Below, piece after piece: positions 43,450-53,223 of a DNA stretch of 64,000 nucleotides. Source of the DNA: an uncultured Gammaproteobacteria bacterium. Its GTDB lineage: Bacteria > Pseudomonadota > Gammaproteobacteria > CAWCPV01. The stretch's first letter is position 1. Each line of letters begins with the position of its first letter. The notes beneath the pieces were generated by a model. It did no database searches and was not told where the DNA came from. It saw nothing but the letters and a program-made list of their open reading frames with translations. A program made the translations under genes and the position numbers. Where the stretch lies: NCBI GenBank assembly GCA_963797555.1, contig CAWCPV010000007.1, forward strand, positions 96,001 through 160,000. The letters are read 5' to 3'.

Positions 43450-44180
43450 GGCTCGCCGGGCAGAAAGCGGGATAAATCGTGAAACTTTTATCCCGGTTTG
43501 CGCGCGCAAGAGCTTAGCTAACGGGTTGTCTTTGTTGTGTTTGGCGCCTTGTCCGAGCTTGACGCGAAACCGGGACAATTCGCGACACAGCGTGCTCGGT
43601 TCGACATCCGCGTTCGGGTACTTGCTTTGAAACGCGCGGTGGAAGTCGACCTCGGTGCATTGAATGTGCATGGTGTGGCGACAGCCGTTGCCACAACGTC
43701 TCTTCCTCCATTCCAGCACTAAACCCTGCTCAGACACTTCACGGTCTATGAGGTCGATGAAGCCTCCCAGGTCTCGACGCCAAGCCTTGGCCTTCTCACT
43801 CCTGGCTTGGTTCGCCCGACCGGTGCGCTTGACCGGCGGCTGGCCCCCGTCGGCCGGCTCCTTCAGCGCTTCAGGCCCGAACTCATTCAAGAGCAGCGAA
43901 TCAACCTTACCCTCCTCGAACATTCCTTCTTCAAGGCGCAAAAACTTGCCTTCCACACGGCGCGGCCGAATCATGCCGGACGCGTGATGGTAGGCTATCA
44001 GCCGCTGCGCTTCGAACTCCCGTTCCAGCACAGCGCGCGGGTTGCGGTGCTTGGGCAAGCGCTCTAGCGCCTGGTCCCAGGTCAAATAGCGTCCGCTGGG
44101 GTTACGTTCGAAACCGGCGTGGAAGGCGGGGTCGAACGCTTCGGCCTCGGCCCGGCGGAAACGGAAATGCTGTAGGCTGT
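43450..44180 (-). pseudogene. Phage/satellite-type hypothetical protein truncated by IS630 (ends approximate)
   Basis: The frame of ORF 43243-44085 stays open upstream (LDSLQHFRFRRAEAEAFD..) up to the IS630 end. Confidence 0.45.
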
Positions 44181-45266
44181 CTAGTGTAGTGCTTCATTCT
44201 GTTTAGAACTTAAACGTGCGTTGGCGCGGATGACCTTCTGCAGGGTGTCCTTAGCCTTGGCGGTCCAGATGAAGGGTTTGGGATTGGCGTTGTGGGCATC
44301 GACATAGCGGTTGATGGCATGGATCAACTCGGGGACGCTTCGAAACACGCCACGGCGCAACCGATCCACAGTCAGGTCGCGGAAGAATCGCTCGACCATG
44401 TTCAACCAGGATGCTGAGGTGGGCGTGAAATGGATGTGGAAACGCGGGTGTTTTCCCAGCCATTTCTGAACGTTGGGATGTTTGTGGGTGGCGTAGTTGT
44501 CGCAGACCAAGTGCAGTTCCTTGTCCTTGGGCGTCTCGCGGTCGATTTGGCGCAGGAAGGTGAGCCACTCCGTGTGGCGATGGTGCGGCTCGCAGCGGGC
44601 AATCACGGAACCCTCCAAGGTGTTCAGGGCAGCAAACAGTGTCGTGGTGCCATGGCGCTTGTAGTCATGGGTCATGGTCGCAGCCCGCCCCTTCTTCAGC
44701 GGCAGGCCAGGTTGGGTACGATCCAGCGCCTGAACCTGACTCTTCTCGTCGCAGCACAACACCAAAGCATGCTCCGGGGGGGACAGATACAGCCCGACGA
44801 TGTCCTCCAACTTCTCGGTGAATTTCGGGTCGCGCGATACCTTGAAGGATTCGACACGATGCGGCTTCAGCCCATGGGCATGCCACACGCGCAGCACCGT
44901 GGTGTCGCTCACTCCCATTTCCTTAGCCAGGGTCCGCGTACTCCACTGTGTCGCTGCTAAGGGCTGGGTCTGAGTCGTGCGTCGCACGATCTCGGCGGCA
45001 TCCACCTTGGGCTGACGACCTCCGCGCGGCAGGTCACACTCGATGGCCGCCAGCCCGCCTTGCGCATAGCGCTCCCGCCAACGCCCAACCTGCACACGCC
45101 CAATCTTGAGTTCCGCCGCGATGGCCTTGTTCTCCATGCCCACCGCCGCCAACAGCACAATGCGCGCTCGGCGGGCCAGCCTCACACTCGTGGTGTTCGA
45201 ACGCGACACACGCCTCAGGCTCCGCTGTTCTTCCGCGCTCAGTCGGACCATCGGGGCTACTCGCAT
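44181..45266 (-). CDS. IS630 transposase
   Basis: HTH region plus DDE motifs CCDEKSQVQAL..HDYKRHGTT..DNYATHK..SWLNMVERFF. Confidence 0.96.
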   Translation of the reverse strand: MRVAPMVRLSAEEQRSLRRVSRSNTTSVRLARRARIVLLAAVGMENKAIAAELKIGRVQVGRWRERYAQGGLAAIECDLPRGGRQPKVDAAEIVRRTTQTQPLAATQWSTRTLAKEMGVSDTTVLRVWHAHGLKPHRVESFKVSRDPKFTEKLEDIVGLYLSPPEHALVLCCDEKSQVQALDRTQPGLPLKKGRAATMTHDYKRHGTTTLFAALNTLEGSVIARCEPHHRHTEWLTFLRQIDRETPKDKELHLVCDNYATHKHPNVQKWLGKHPRFHIHFTPTSASWLNMVERFFRDLTVDRLRRGVFRSVPELIHAINRYVDAHNANPKPFIWTAKAKDTLQKVIRANARLSSKQNEALH

Positions 45267-45347
45267 CAGTGCTCTCCTGTCTTGGCTTCATAGCCCTGGA
45301 CAGCGATAGATCATATATGTTCCGTTAATTACCAAGCACTACACTAG
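44181..45347 (-). mobile_element. IS630 family insertion sequence, intact
   Basis: Ends CTAGTGTAGTGCTT / AAGCACTACACTAG (TIR plus CTAG/TA target) enclose the transposase. Confidence 0.95.
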
Positions 45348-45380
45348 CGCGGGGCGGAGCGATGAGTGGGGGGTGCTGAG

Positions 45381-45425
45381 ATGAGCAAAAAACAGCCGCG
45401 CGGGAAGCCGTTCCCCAAGGGAGTG
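45381..45425 (+). pseudogene. DUF5681 protein N-terminal stub
   Basis: MSKKQPRGKPFPKGV is the typical lead-in to SGNPGGRPK. Confidence 0.55.
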
Positions 45426-45865
45426 CCGGAGGACCATCGGCGGCGCTACGCGGCGCTTGAGGCGTTGAAGATCGGTTTCGGCGGCATCGCCTACGTGTCG
45501 CGGGTCTTGGGCATGAGCCGGTGCACGATCTACACCGGGATTCGCGAGTTGGAGGAGATGCGCAACGACGATCCCGAACACCCGGGGCGTCCCAGTGGCG
45601 ATGCCAAGCGCATCCGGCGGCCAGGCGGTGGTCGACCGAAGATCACCGAACGCCACGCGGGGCTGGAGGCGACGGTCGGCGACATTCTTGAAGCCCACAG
45701 CGCCGGCAGTCCGACCGACGAGACGGTACGTTGGACGGATCTGAAACCGCTGGAACTGGCGCAGGAACTGCTCCAACGTGGCTACGAGATCGGCCGCAAC
45801 ACGGCGGCGCAACTTTTGGAGCGGGCCGGCTATCGGCGTCGTTCCCTGCGCAAGGAGTTGATCAC
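45426..45865 (+). pseudogene. ISAzo13 family transposase fragment
   Basis: EDHRRRYAALEALKIGFGGI..TIYTGIREL..RIRRPGGGRPK..AGSP..RWT; lacks the DDE core. Confidence 0.8.
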
Positions 45866-46202
45866 GTTCCCTAGCCCGATCCACCCCTTGACCATAACCC
45901 GCCCCGCCAGCCCGCTCCCGGTGCCACAACCTTTTCGAGCCTCGCCAGGACCGCCCGGCTGGGTCTGCGCTTTCCGCTGAGCGACAGGTTCGCCGCGTCG
46001 ACATCAACGAACGGCAATAGAGCCTCATGAATTCTTCGTGCGACGCTTCATAACCGGGAAACTCGTTCATGGCGTTACCCACGGACTGGGCTAAGCAGAC
46101 CTCATGTTTGCATCAATATTGTTCCCGTTCAAGCAACTATCGGCCCAGGTTCAGACTCTACACCACGAAAGCTGGATAACTTGTTAGTGAACCGTTCCTT
46201 AA

Positions 46203-46342
46203 CAGGCTGTTGAAAAACTCCTGAGGACATTGAATCGGGGCGAGTCAATGGTGACTGAAGATTGAAGAATCAACGACTTATGTGGCCGCGCTCGGCCACG
46301 GACACGAAAAGCAGCCCGCGGCCGGACTTTTTCAACACCCTG
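46203..46342. mobile_element. 140-bp MITE with IS5/IS1182-type ends and TTAA target duplication
   Basis: TTAA-CAGGCTGTTGAAAAA...TTTTTCAACACCCTG-TTAA, with no transposase between the ends. Confidence 0.8.
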
Positions 46343-46448
46343 TTAAGGCCCCTTAAGGCTGCCTTTCGGTTTCCCTGACTCTTATTACTACCCTGCGTCC
46401 CCTCACCGGACTCTCGTGCAGTCTCCCACAAGGGTACCCCACCAGCAA

Positions 46449-47897
46449 TTATGGTCGCCCACGGTATGGCTCGCCAGCGGGGTGTGTGTGGAAAAAACGC
46501 ACCATCGCCTGCGAGGCGTCCGGTCCCCGGGGCTCGGTGAACGAGCCGGCCGGGCTGCCCCCCGACCACCCGTGTCCGGCACCGTGGACCAGCCAGCGCT
46601 CCAGAACGACCTCGCCGCTCGCGCCGCGATAGAGGGATCGGGTGTAGGCCAGTCCCTCGTGCACCTGTCCCCGGTGCGTGGTCATGCGCAGTTTCGTGCC
46701 CGCCGCCCGTCCCGTCCCGGCGCCGGCGTGGACCGTGGCCCATTGCGCGAGCACCCGGTCCCCATTGCCGGGGTGCACCGTGGTATCCCGGTCTCCGTGG
46801 AACACGATGGTGGGAACGGCCTGGAGGTGGGTCTTGCTCGTGGGAAAGCCGCCCTCCTGCGAAGGCCTAGCGCTCGTTTGGGGGTTTTGCATCGCCGCGA
46901 ACGCCGAGGGCAGGTCATGGGCGGCGCCGTAAGGCAGGCCGGAATGCACCCCGATGGCGGCAAACAGGTCGGGGTAGCTGACGCCCATCACCATGGCCAT
47001 GGCTCCACCGGCCGACAGGCCCGCCACATCGACGCGCCGCGCGTCGATGTGATAGTAGCTCATGATCTCACGCGTCATGCCGGCGATGATGGAGGGCTCG
47101 CCCCGGCCCCGGTGCTGGTCGCTCGCCTTGAACCAGTTCCAGCATCGGGACTGGTTGGCGGGCAGGGTCTGTTCGGGATACAGCACGAGGAACAGCTCCC
47201 GCTCCGCGAGCGCGTTCATGCGGGTGCCGGCGGCGAAATCATCCGGCCCCTGCGTACAGCCGTGGAGCATGACGATCAGCGGCAGGCGCTGTCCGCGATA
47301 CCCGCTGGGGACATAGAGCTTGTACGGCCGGGTCCCGGCCCGGTTGGTAAAGGAGGCGCTGACGAATTGTCCGCCGGTTTCCGTCTCCTTGCGGTCCCGA
47401 TCGGGCCTGCGGACGGCGCCCGGCGCGCGCAGTCCGCTGCGAGGCGCGCGCAGCGTCCTGCCCAGCAGCTCGGTCAGCTCGGAAGCGAGGGGGTTGGGCG
47501 CGGCCTGTCTGCTCCAAGGGGTATGCGTGGCGGTCCACGGTCCCCCGCTGCGCTGCGCCTTATCAGAGTCCGAGCCGGGCTCGGTCGGCTCGGCGCAGGC
47601 GCCCCTGCCCGCCCGTGGGGGTGACGGCTCCACATCCGGCGGTGGCGGCAAGGCGATGACGCGGCCCCGCCCGGCCGGCCCCGGGGCCGATGCCCCCGCG
47701 GGCGCTGCCGGCTCATCGACGACGCTGAACGTGGCGTCGATGGGCTCATCGACACCTCCCGCGGCGGCGCTTGACGCGGCTTCCGGCGCCCATCCGCCCC
47801 GCAGCGTGCGTTGAATGATTGCGGTCGCCCCCGTCAGCCGACCTGCGCGCGTGAGCCGGGTGGCTTCCGCCATTGCAGCGTGCATCGTATCGTCCAT
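46449..47897 (-). CDS. PHB depolymerase/LpqC family esterase with N-terminal low-complexity extension
   Basis: YKLYVP..LIVMLHGCTQ..CWNWF..GLSAGG..FHGDRDTTV..GHGWSGG. Confidence 0.9.
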   Translation of the reverse strand: MDDTMHAAMAEATRLTRAGRLTGATAIIQRTLRGGWAPEAASSAAAGGVDEPIDATFSVVDEPAAPAGASAPGPAGRGRVIALPPPPDVEPSPPRAGRGACAEPTEPGSDSDKAQRSGGPWTATHTPWSRQAAPNPLASELTELLGRTLRAPRSGLRAPGAVRRPDRDRKETETGGQFVSASFTNRAGTRPYKLYVPSGYRGQRLPLIVMLHGCTQGPDDFAAGTRMNALAERELFLVLYPEQTLPANQSRCWNWFKASDQHRGRGEPSIIAGMTREIMSYYHIDARRVDVAGLSAGGAMAMVMGVSYPDLFAAIGVHSGLPYGAAHDLPSAFAAMQNPQTSARPSQEGGFPTSKTHLQAVPTIVFHGDRDTTVHPGNGDRVLAQWATVHAGAGTGRAAGTKLRMTTHRGQVHEGLAYTRSLYRGASGEVVLERWLVHGAGHGWSGGSPAGSFTEPRGPDASQAMVRFFHTHPAGEPYRGRP

Positions 47898-47937
47898 GTC
47901 CGTGATCTCCTTTAAGGTGCGGCAACAACCCGGCGGG

Positions 47938-48327
47938 TCAACGCATCCGGTCGGCCAGGGCCGCCCTGACGGCCGCGCTGGCCCGCAAGGCGCCCAGGAT
48001 GCTGATGGAGTCGATGGTATCTCGGGCCAAGTCGGGCGGCACGTCGTCGGCAATGATGACCAGGCCCAGCACCTGGATCTGAAGCCGCTGTCCGGTCGCC
48101 CGAACCGCTTCCAGGTCGCGGCGGGTGTAGTGTTGCAGACCGAGCACCAGGGTCTTGCGCGCCACCGTTTGCTTGATGGTCTCGGCATGAGTGGCGAGCT
48201 GATTGCGGATCGCGGTGCGAATGAAATCCGTGCGGTTGGAATAAAAGCCTTCCTGCACCAACAGGTCGATCTGCCCGAGGTCGACGAACCCCAGGTTGAT
48301 CGTGATCTTCTCGGTCTCTCCCGCCAT
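47938..48327 (-). CDS. CopG/ribbon-helix-helix family transcriptional regulator
   Basis: EKITINLGFVDLGQIDLLVQEGFYSNRTDFIRTAIRNQL. Confidence 0.9.
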   Translation of the reverse strand: MAGETEKITINLGFVDLGQIDLLVQEGFYSNRTDFIRTAIRNQLATHAETIKQTVARKTLVLGLQHYTRRDLEAVRATGQRLQIQVLGLVIIADDVPPDLARDTIDSISILGALRASAAVRAALADRMR

Positions 48328-49066
48328 TACCCGCTCTCTACCATCTAACCATCCTCCATACGGATGGTAGATTAGCGGGTCGGCACGTATTGTCAAGCAG
48401 CAGCTGAAGTCTGCGCGCAGCGGGGCCGAGAGTTCGGCGTCTGGGCTCGATGGGTCACTTGTTCACGCCATTACCTGCGCCTCCAGTCGAGCTTACCGCC
48501 TGCGAATGGGTCTGAGGTGCGCCCACCAGCGCCGTGACGTGGGCTATCGCCCTTCGCGAGGACTGGAACGCGGGCCGCAATGACATTCGGGTGGCGCCCG
48601 TATGACCGCTTCCAGCATCTGAAGCTGCCCCTCACCGGCGGCGGTTGGGCGTCCGCATTTGTTAAGGGTTATCAGATGCCTACTGCCGGGTGGAGGCGAT
48701 CGAGAGGGGCGCCGGGCTGGAAGATTGCCTTTGGACCTGCTGGTTAGCGTGGTCGGCGGTAGGCGTCTGATAAGCCTCGGGGGAGGAAACCGCGGGAGGC
48801 GAACGACGAGGCCAGTGCAGGGATAGTGCTATGGGGATTTGAATGCTGCCGGCGGGTCTCGGATGCGATGAGGAGGCGATGACTGGGGTGTGCTGCGGGT
48901 TCGGGGAGGCGAAATGGGCCACTGGAGGTGGGCGGCCGGCTGGCGCGAAGCGGTGATGGCTGCGGCGCGAGCGAGCTTCTCGCAGCGTTGTGCACGGCGT
49001 CTGGTTCACCGACGCCGAGCCGATGAGCGAAGGGCGCTGAAGCGCGGGGGATGATAGCGGCGATGT

Positions 49067-50279
49067 TCATACCGCCTCGCCCATGGCCGATGGTGGTGCA
49101 CGCGGGGCATGAGCACGCTCCAAGGTTGAGATGATTCAGCATGGGTGCACCGCAACAGGGACAAGGGCGCGCTTGGGTGGTTGGGGCAGCCGGCGGTGCC
49201 TCCTCGTGGAGGCGGACGGGCACGGCAATGAGCGGGGAGGTCTTGGCGCCGAGCAGCTCCCGAGCACGGGCCAGATGCTCAACTCGTGCGGCATTGGCGA
49301 GCAGTCCGTAGTGGCGGATGCGATGGAATCCCCGCGGCAGGACATGCAGCAGGAAGCGGCGCATGAACTCATCGACGGTCAAGGTTATGCGCCCATAGCG
49401 GCAACCGCCCTTCGCCCGATAGTCCTTGAACTTGAAGGTGACTCCTTTCTCATCGAGCGTGATCAGGCGGCGGTTGGCGATGGCCACGCGGTGGGTATAG
49501 CGCGAGAGATAAGCGAGGACCGCCTGCGGTCCGGCGAAGGGGCGCTTGGCGTAGACCACCCAGTCGCGCTGGCGCAGCGCCTGGAGCCATTCGCCAAAGG
49601 CGGTTGTCTCGGCAAGTCCGGCCTGCTCGCCGAAGAACTGTAGCTCACCGGCCTGATGGGCGGCGGCGAGCTTCTCGCAGAATAACCGCCGGAGGAGCCG
49701 CGAGAGCACCCGCACGGGCAGGAAGAAGCCACGGCGGCAGGCGACCCAGCGCTCGCCATCCAGTGAGATCCCACCCCCGGGCACGATACAGTGAAGGTGT
49801 GGGTGATGGGTCAGGGCCGAGCCCCAGGTATGCAACACGGCGCTGAGACCGATGCGCGCGCCCAAGTGGTTGGGATCCGCCGCGATAGTGAGCAAGGTCT
49901 CGGCGGCAGCCGCAAACAGCAGGGCGTAGATCACCGCCTTGTTGTGGTAGGCGAGCTGCCCGATCGGCGCCGGCAGGGTGAAGACTACGTGGTAGTACTC
50001 CACCGGCAGCAAATCGGCCTCCCGGGCAGCGAGCCATTGCTTGGCCACCGCCCCCTGGCACTTCGGACAGTGACGGTTGCGGCAGGAGTTGTAGGCGATC
50101 TGGGTGTGGCCGCAATCCGTACACTGCTCGACGTGGCCGCCGAGAGTGGCGGTGCGGCACTGGGTGATGGCCGACATCACCTGGAGCTGCCCCAGGCTCA
50201 GGTGCCCGGCCTGTGCCCGGCGCCACGCCGGTCCGTGGTCGCGGAAGATGTCCGCGACCTCCAAGGCCTGCCGCGGCAC
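49067..50279 (-). CDS. IS91-like (Y2 HUH) transposase with zinc-binding domain; frameshift near 49133
   Basis: CRTATLGGH..YNSCRNRHCPKCQ..HTWGSALTHHPHLH..YLSRYTHR..HVLPRGFHRIRHYG..CPCCG. Confidence 0.92.
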
Positions 50280-50282
50280 GGC

Positions 50283-51037
50283 TCAGGTGCGCGGCGGCTC
50301 CTGTGGCGTCAGCCGCTCCAGGGGACTGGTGACCGCGCACAGGGTGCGGGTGGCCACCTGGGCATAGAGCGCGGTGGTCTCCAGCTTCTGGTGCCCGAGC
50401 AGCACCTGGATGACACGGATGTCCTCCTGGTGCTCGAGCAGATGGGTAAGCTATGTCTGAGAGTATGCAGCGACACCCGCTTGGCGATCCCGGCCTCAGC
50501 GGCGGCGGTGTGGCAGGCGCGGTTGAGTTGGCGGGTCGACATCGGATCGAGCGGGTCCTGGCCGGGGAAGAGCCAGCCGTGGGGCAGCATCTTGCCGTGC
50601 ACATGCGCCTCACACCACCCTTGGCGCAGCAGCGCGAGCAAGGTCGGGGAGAGCATCACGTAGCGGTCCTTGCGCCCCTTGCCTTGTTCAACGCGGATCA
50701 CCATCCGCTCGCTGTCGATATCGTCGACCTTGAGCGCCACCACCTCCGAGGTGCGCAGCCCCGCCCCGTAGGCCACCGCCAGCGCCGCCTTGTACTTCAG
50801 CCCCGGCGCCGCCTCCAGCAGGCGCATGACCTCCTCGGGGCTTAACACCACCGGGAGTTTGCGCGGCACTCGCACATGGCTCATCTTCGCCATCAGCTCG
50901 CCACGCCCGAGGAAGCGCGTGAAGCTCTTCACCCAGCGGATATAGCCGCTCTGGGTCTTCTCTGCGAGCTTGCGCAGGCGCATGTCCTCGGTCATGCGCT
51001 GACGCAACGGGCTCACCGGCTTATGTTCGATACTCAT
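50283..51037 (-). pseudogene. Tyrosine recombinase paired with the IS91-like transposase; internal deletion plus frameshift
   Basis: SPLRQRMTEDM..YGAGLRTSEV..GKGRKDR..HTLRHS(fs)..IQVLLGH..TTALY. The SAM domain is shortened (LGR joined directly to GELMAKM). Confidence 0.88.
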
Positions 51038-51184
51038 GGGTCTGCTCCTGTTTGAGGTTGAGGGGGACTGCACCTCAAACCTCTAGACGGGACAGACCCT
51101 TCCCGCTAATTCACCAACCTCGCGCCAGCTTACCTCCCCTACCGCGCGAGCGGTTTAGTCCTCCGACCAGAACGGCCATTCGAG

Positions 51185-51693
51185 TTGCGCATTTTTGCGG
51201 CGGCCACTGACACCGATACATTGGCGAGATGTTCGCTGTGCGGCCCCGATGCGAATCCTGGCCTTCGTCACCGATACGATACGCCCTCGGTCACCCACAT
51301 TCTGCGGCACCTCGGGGAACCGACCCAGCCGCCGCGCGTAGCCCCCGCGCGAGGACCGCCTGAATCTGCGGTACCCTTTGACCAGAGCCCGGCATTCGAC
51401 CCGGAAGCTACCGAGCCGGCGCCCGCCTTCCGGTTCGACCAGACCCTCTCCTGGTAAACCTCGCGGCGCCGCCCCTCGGCCGGCGCGAGCCCTCGGCAAA
51501 AGGCACGGCGGCCTTCGCGCCGCTCGCCGGGAAACACCCCAACCACAGCCCCCAAGCCGCCCCAAGCGCAGGCTGCGCCTGCCTCGGGCACCCCAACCCG
51601 GCCTTGTCGAGCGACAGCCCTTCCCCGCGCCTTGACCGCTGCGCGCCCTGACCCTACACTCCTGTCTGCCTAGAGCCATTGGATTTCCTATCC
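51185..51693 (+). mobile_element. ISCR/IS91-like 3' remnant with oriIS-like end
   Basis: CSLCG..ILRHLGEPTQPPRVAPARGPP..FDQTLSW*, followed about 220 bp later by GCCATTGGATTTCCTATCC (51675-51693), which resembles ISCR oriIS. Confidence 0.7.
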
Positions 51694-51994
51694 TTGAAGC
51701 GGAGGCGGTACGGTGGTGTGGATGGTGGTGAAGATCCAGGCACAAGAGCAATTTCACATAGCACCAATCACGCCCGGCGCAGGACGGTCGCCTATCTTAC
51801 CCCGTCGGCAGATCATAGGCACTGCCTGGCTCGGTATTGTACTGTACTTGACGGCATGTTCTTCAGGCCGTAGATGTGACTGCGTACTCAGATTTAAGCG
51901 TCAATGGGGTTGCGGGGGCATGATAAATCGGCGTCGCAGTCCATTGAAGGAATCCAGCCGATGCTCATCGGCACTCCATGATGGGGTAGATCAC

Positions 51995-52624
51995 ATGAAA
52001 TCGCTATCGAAAACGTCTCGCGGAATCTGGGTGATTGGGTTGCTGATCGCTTTTCTTATGGTGAGCAGCTCATCCGTCGTAGGTGGAGAGAACGATCCGC
52101 AGGCCGCGATCGCGAAAAAGCAGGCGGAGCTCGAGAGGCAGCGCATCGAGCTCGAGAAGAAGAGCCTGGAGCTGCGGCAGAAGGAGCTCGACCTTGAGAA
52201 GTCGCGCAAGGAATTTCAGGCGCAGCAGAGCGGCCGTTCCCTCAGCATGAATCTTTCCGGCGACGTGCTCTTCGACTACGACCAGGCGACGCTGAAGCCG
52301 GAAGCCGAACAGGCACTCAAGAAGGTGGCGGTAGTGCTTTCACAATTCCCCGAAAGCCAGGTGACGGTGGAAGGCTATGCCGATGCGAAAGGCACACAGA
52401 CGGGGAACATGCAGCTGTCGCGCGAACGGGCTCAGGCGGTGAAGGACTGGCTGGTCAAGAACGGTGGCGTCCCGGCGGCCGACATCGCTACCAAGGGCTT
52501 TGGCGAGCAGTACCCGGTGGCAGCGAACACCAACCCGAACGGCACCGACAACCCGGTCGGTCGCGCGCTCAACCGACGAGTCTCGATCATCGTCGAGAGA
52601 GCGGCGCAGCGACCACCGCCCTGA
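51995..52624 (+). CDS. OmpA-family peptidoglycan-binding protein with N-terminal coiled coil
   Basis: Signal/transmembrane segment, ELERQRIELEKK coiled coil, DVLFDYD..VEGYAD..LSRERAQAV..NRRV. Confidence 0.88.
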   Translation: MKSLSKTSRGIWVIGLLIAFLMVSSSSVVGGENDPQAAIAKKQAELERQRIELEKKSLELRQKELDLEKSRKEFQAQQSGRSLSMNLSGDVLFDYDQATLKPEAEQALKKVAVVLSQFPESQVTVEGYADAKGTQTGNMQLSRERAQAVKDWLVKNGGVPAADIATKGFGEQYPVAANTNPNGTDNPVGRALNRRVSIIVERAAQRPPP

Positions 52625-52639
52625 CCGGCGGAGCAGGAC

Positions 52640-53000
52640 CGCTACCGCCGGGTCGACACCCACGTGGCGCCGCTGTCGGTGCTCGTAAGCAGCTCGCTAT
52701 CTGTTCCCGCGTACACCGTGGTCGGGGTTGCCGGATCGGTCATTGAGCATGCGGACAATCAAACCGTCCAGGTCGGTCATTACACTCCACGTCTGACCCG
52801 CATCAGTCGATCTGAATGCCCCGCTGGCGGTCCCCTGGTAGACGGTGTCGGACTGGACCGGGTCGGTGGTCACGACCATGATCTGCGTGTTTAGCACTCC
52901 GCTGCTTACGGCTGTCCAGCTCTCGGCGCCGTCACTGCTCTTGAAGATGCCCTCTGAGCTGCCGGCGTACAAAACCGTTGCACTCGTCACCAGGCTCCAG
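52640..53000 (-). pseudogene. BNR/Asp-box beta-propeller fragment
   Basis: LYAGSSEGIFKSSDGAESW..GAFRSTDAGQTW repeats. It has no start of its own and abuts the integrase remnant. Confidence 0.7.
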
Positions 53001-53002
53001 AC

Positions 53003-53191
53003 GGCGCCGCGAGCTACCTTGCCATGTCGGGAGCGGACATGCTCACCATCGCCGCGGTGCTGGGTCACAAGACGCTCTCCATGGTCAAGCGCTATGCGCA
53101 CTTGAGCGACCAGCATCAAGGCGAAGCACTGGCACGCATGAATGCCATGCTGTTCGAGCAAATGTCCCGCCAGTGTCCCAAGACCTTATGA
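53003..53191 (+). pseudogene. Tyrosine integrase C-terminal remnant (not in the ORF track)
   Basis: Manual translation AASYLAMSGADMLTIAAVLGHKTLSMVKRYAHLS..* contains box II LGH..Y. Confidence 0.88.
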
Positions 53192-53223
53192 ATCCATTGC
53201 GGCACAGCGCACAGCGTAGATGC

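Noticed and set aside
48744-49066. C-terminal extension of the IS91-like transposase (511 aa)
   Set aside because: It is read-through caused by an indel after CPCCGAPM; the typical end (..PRAPP..*) lies in another frame at about 49067.
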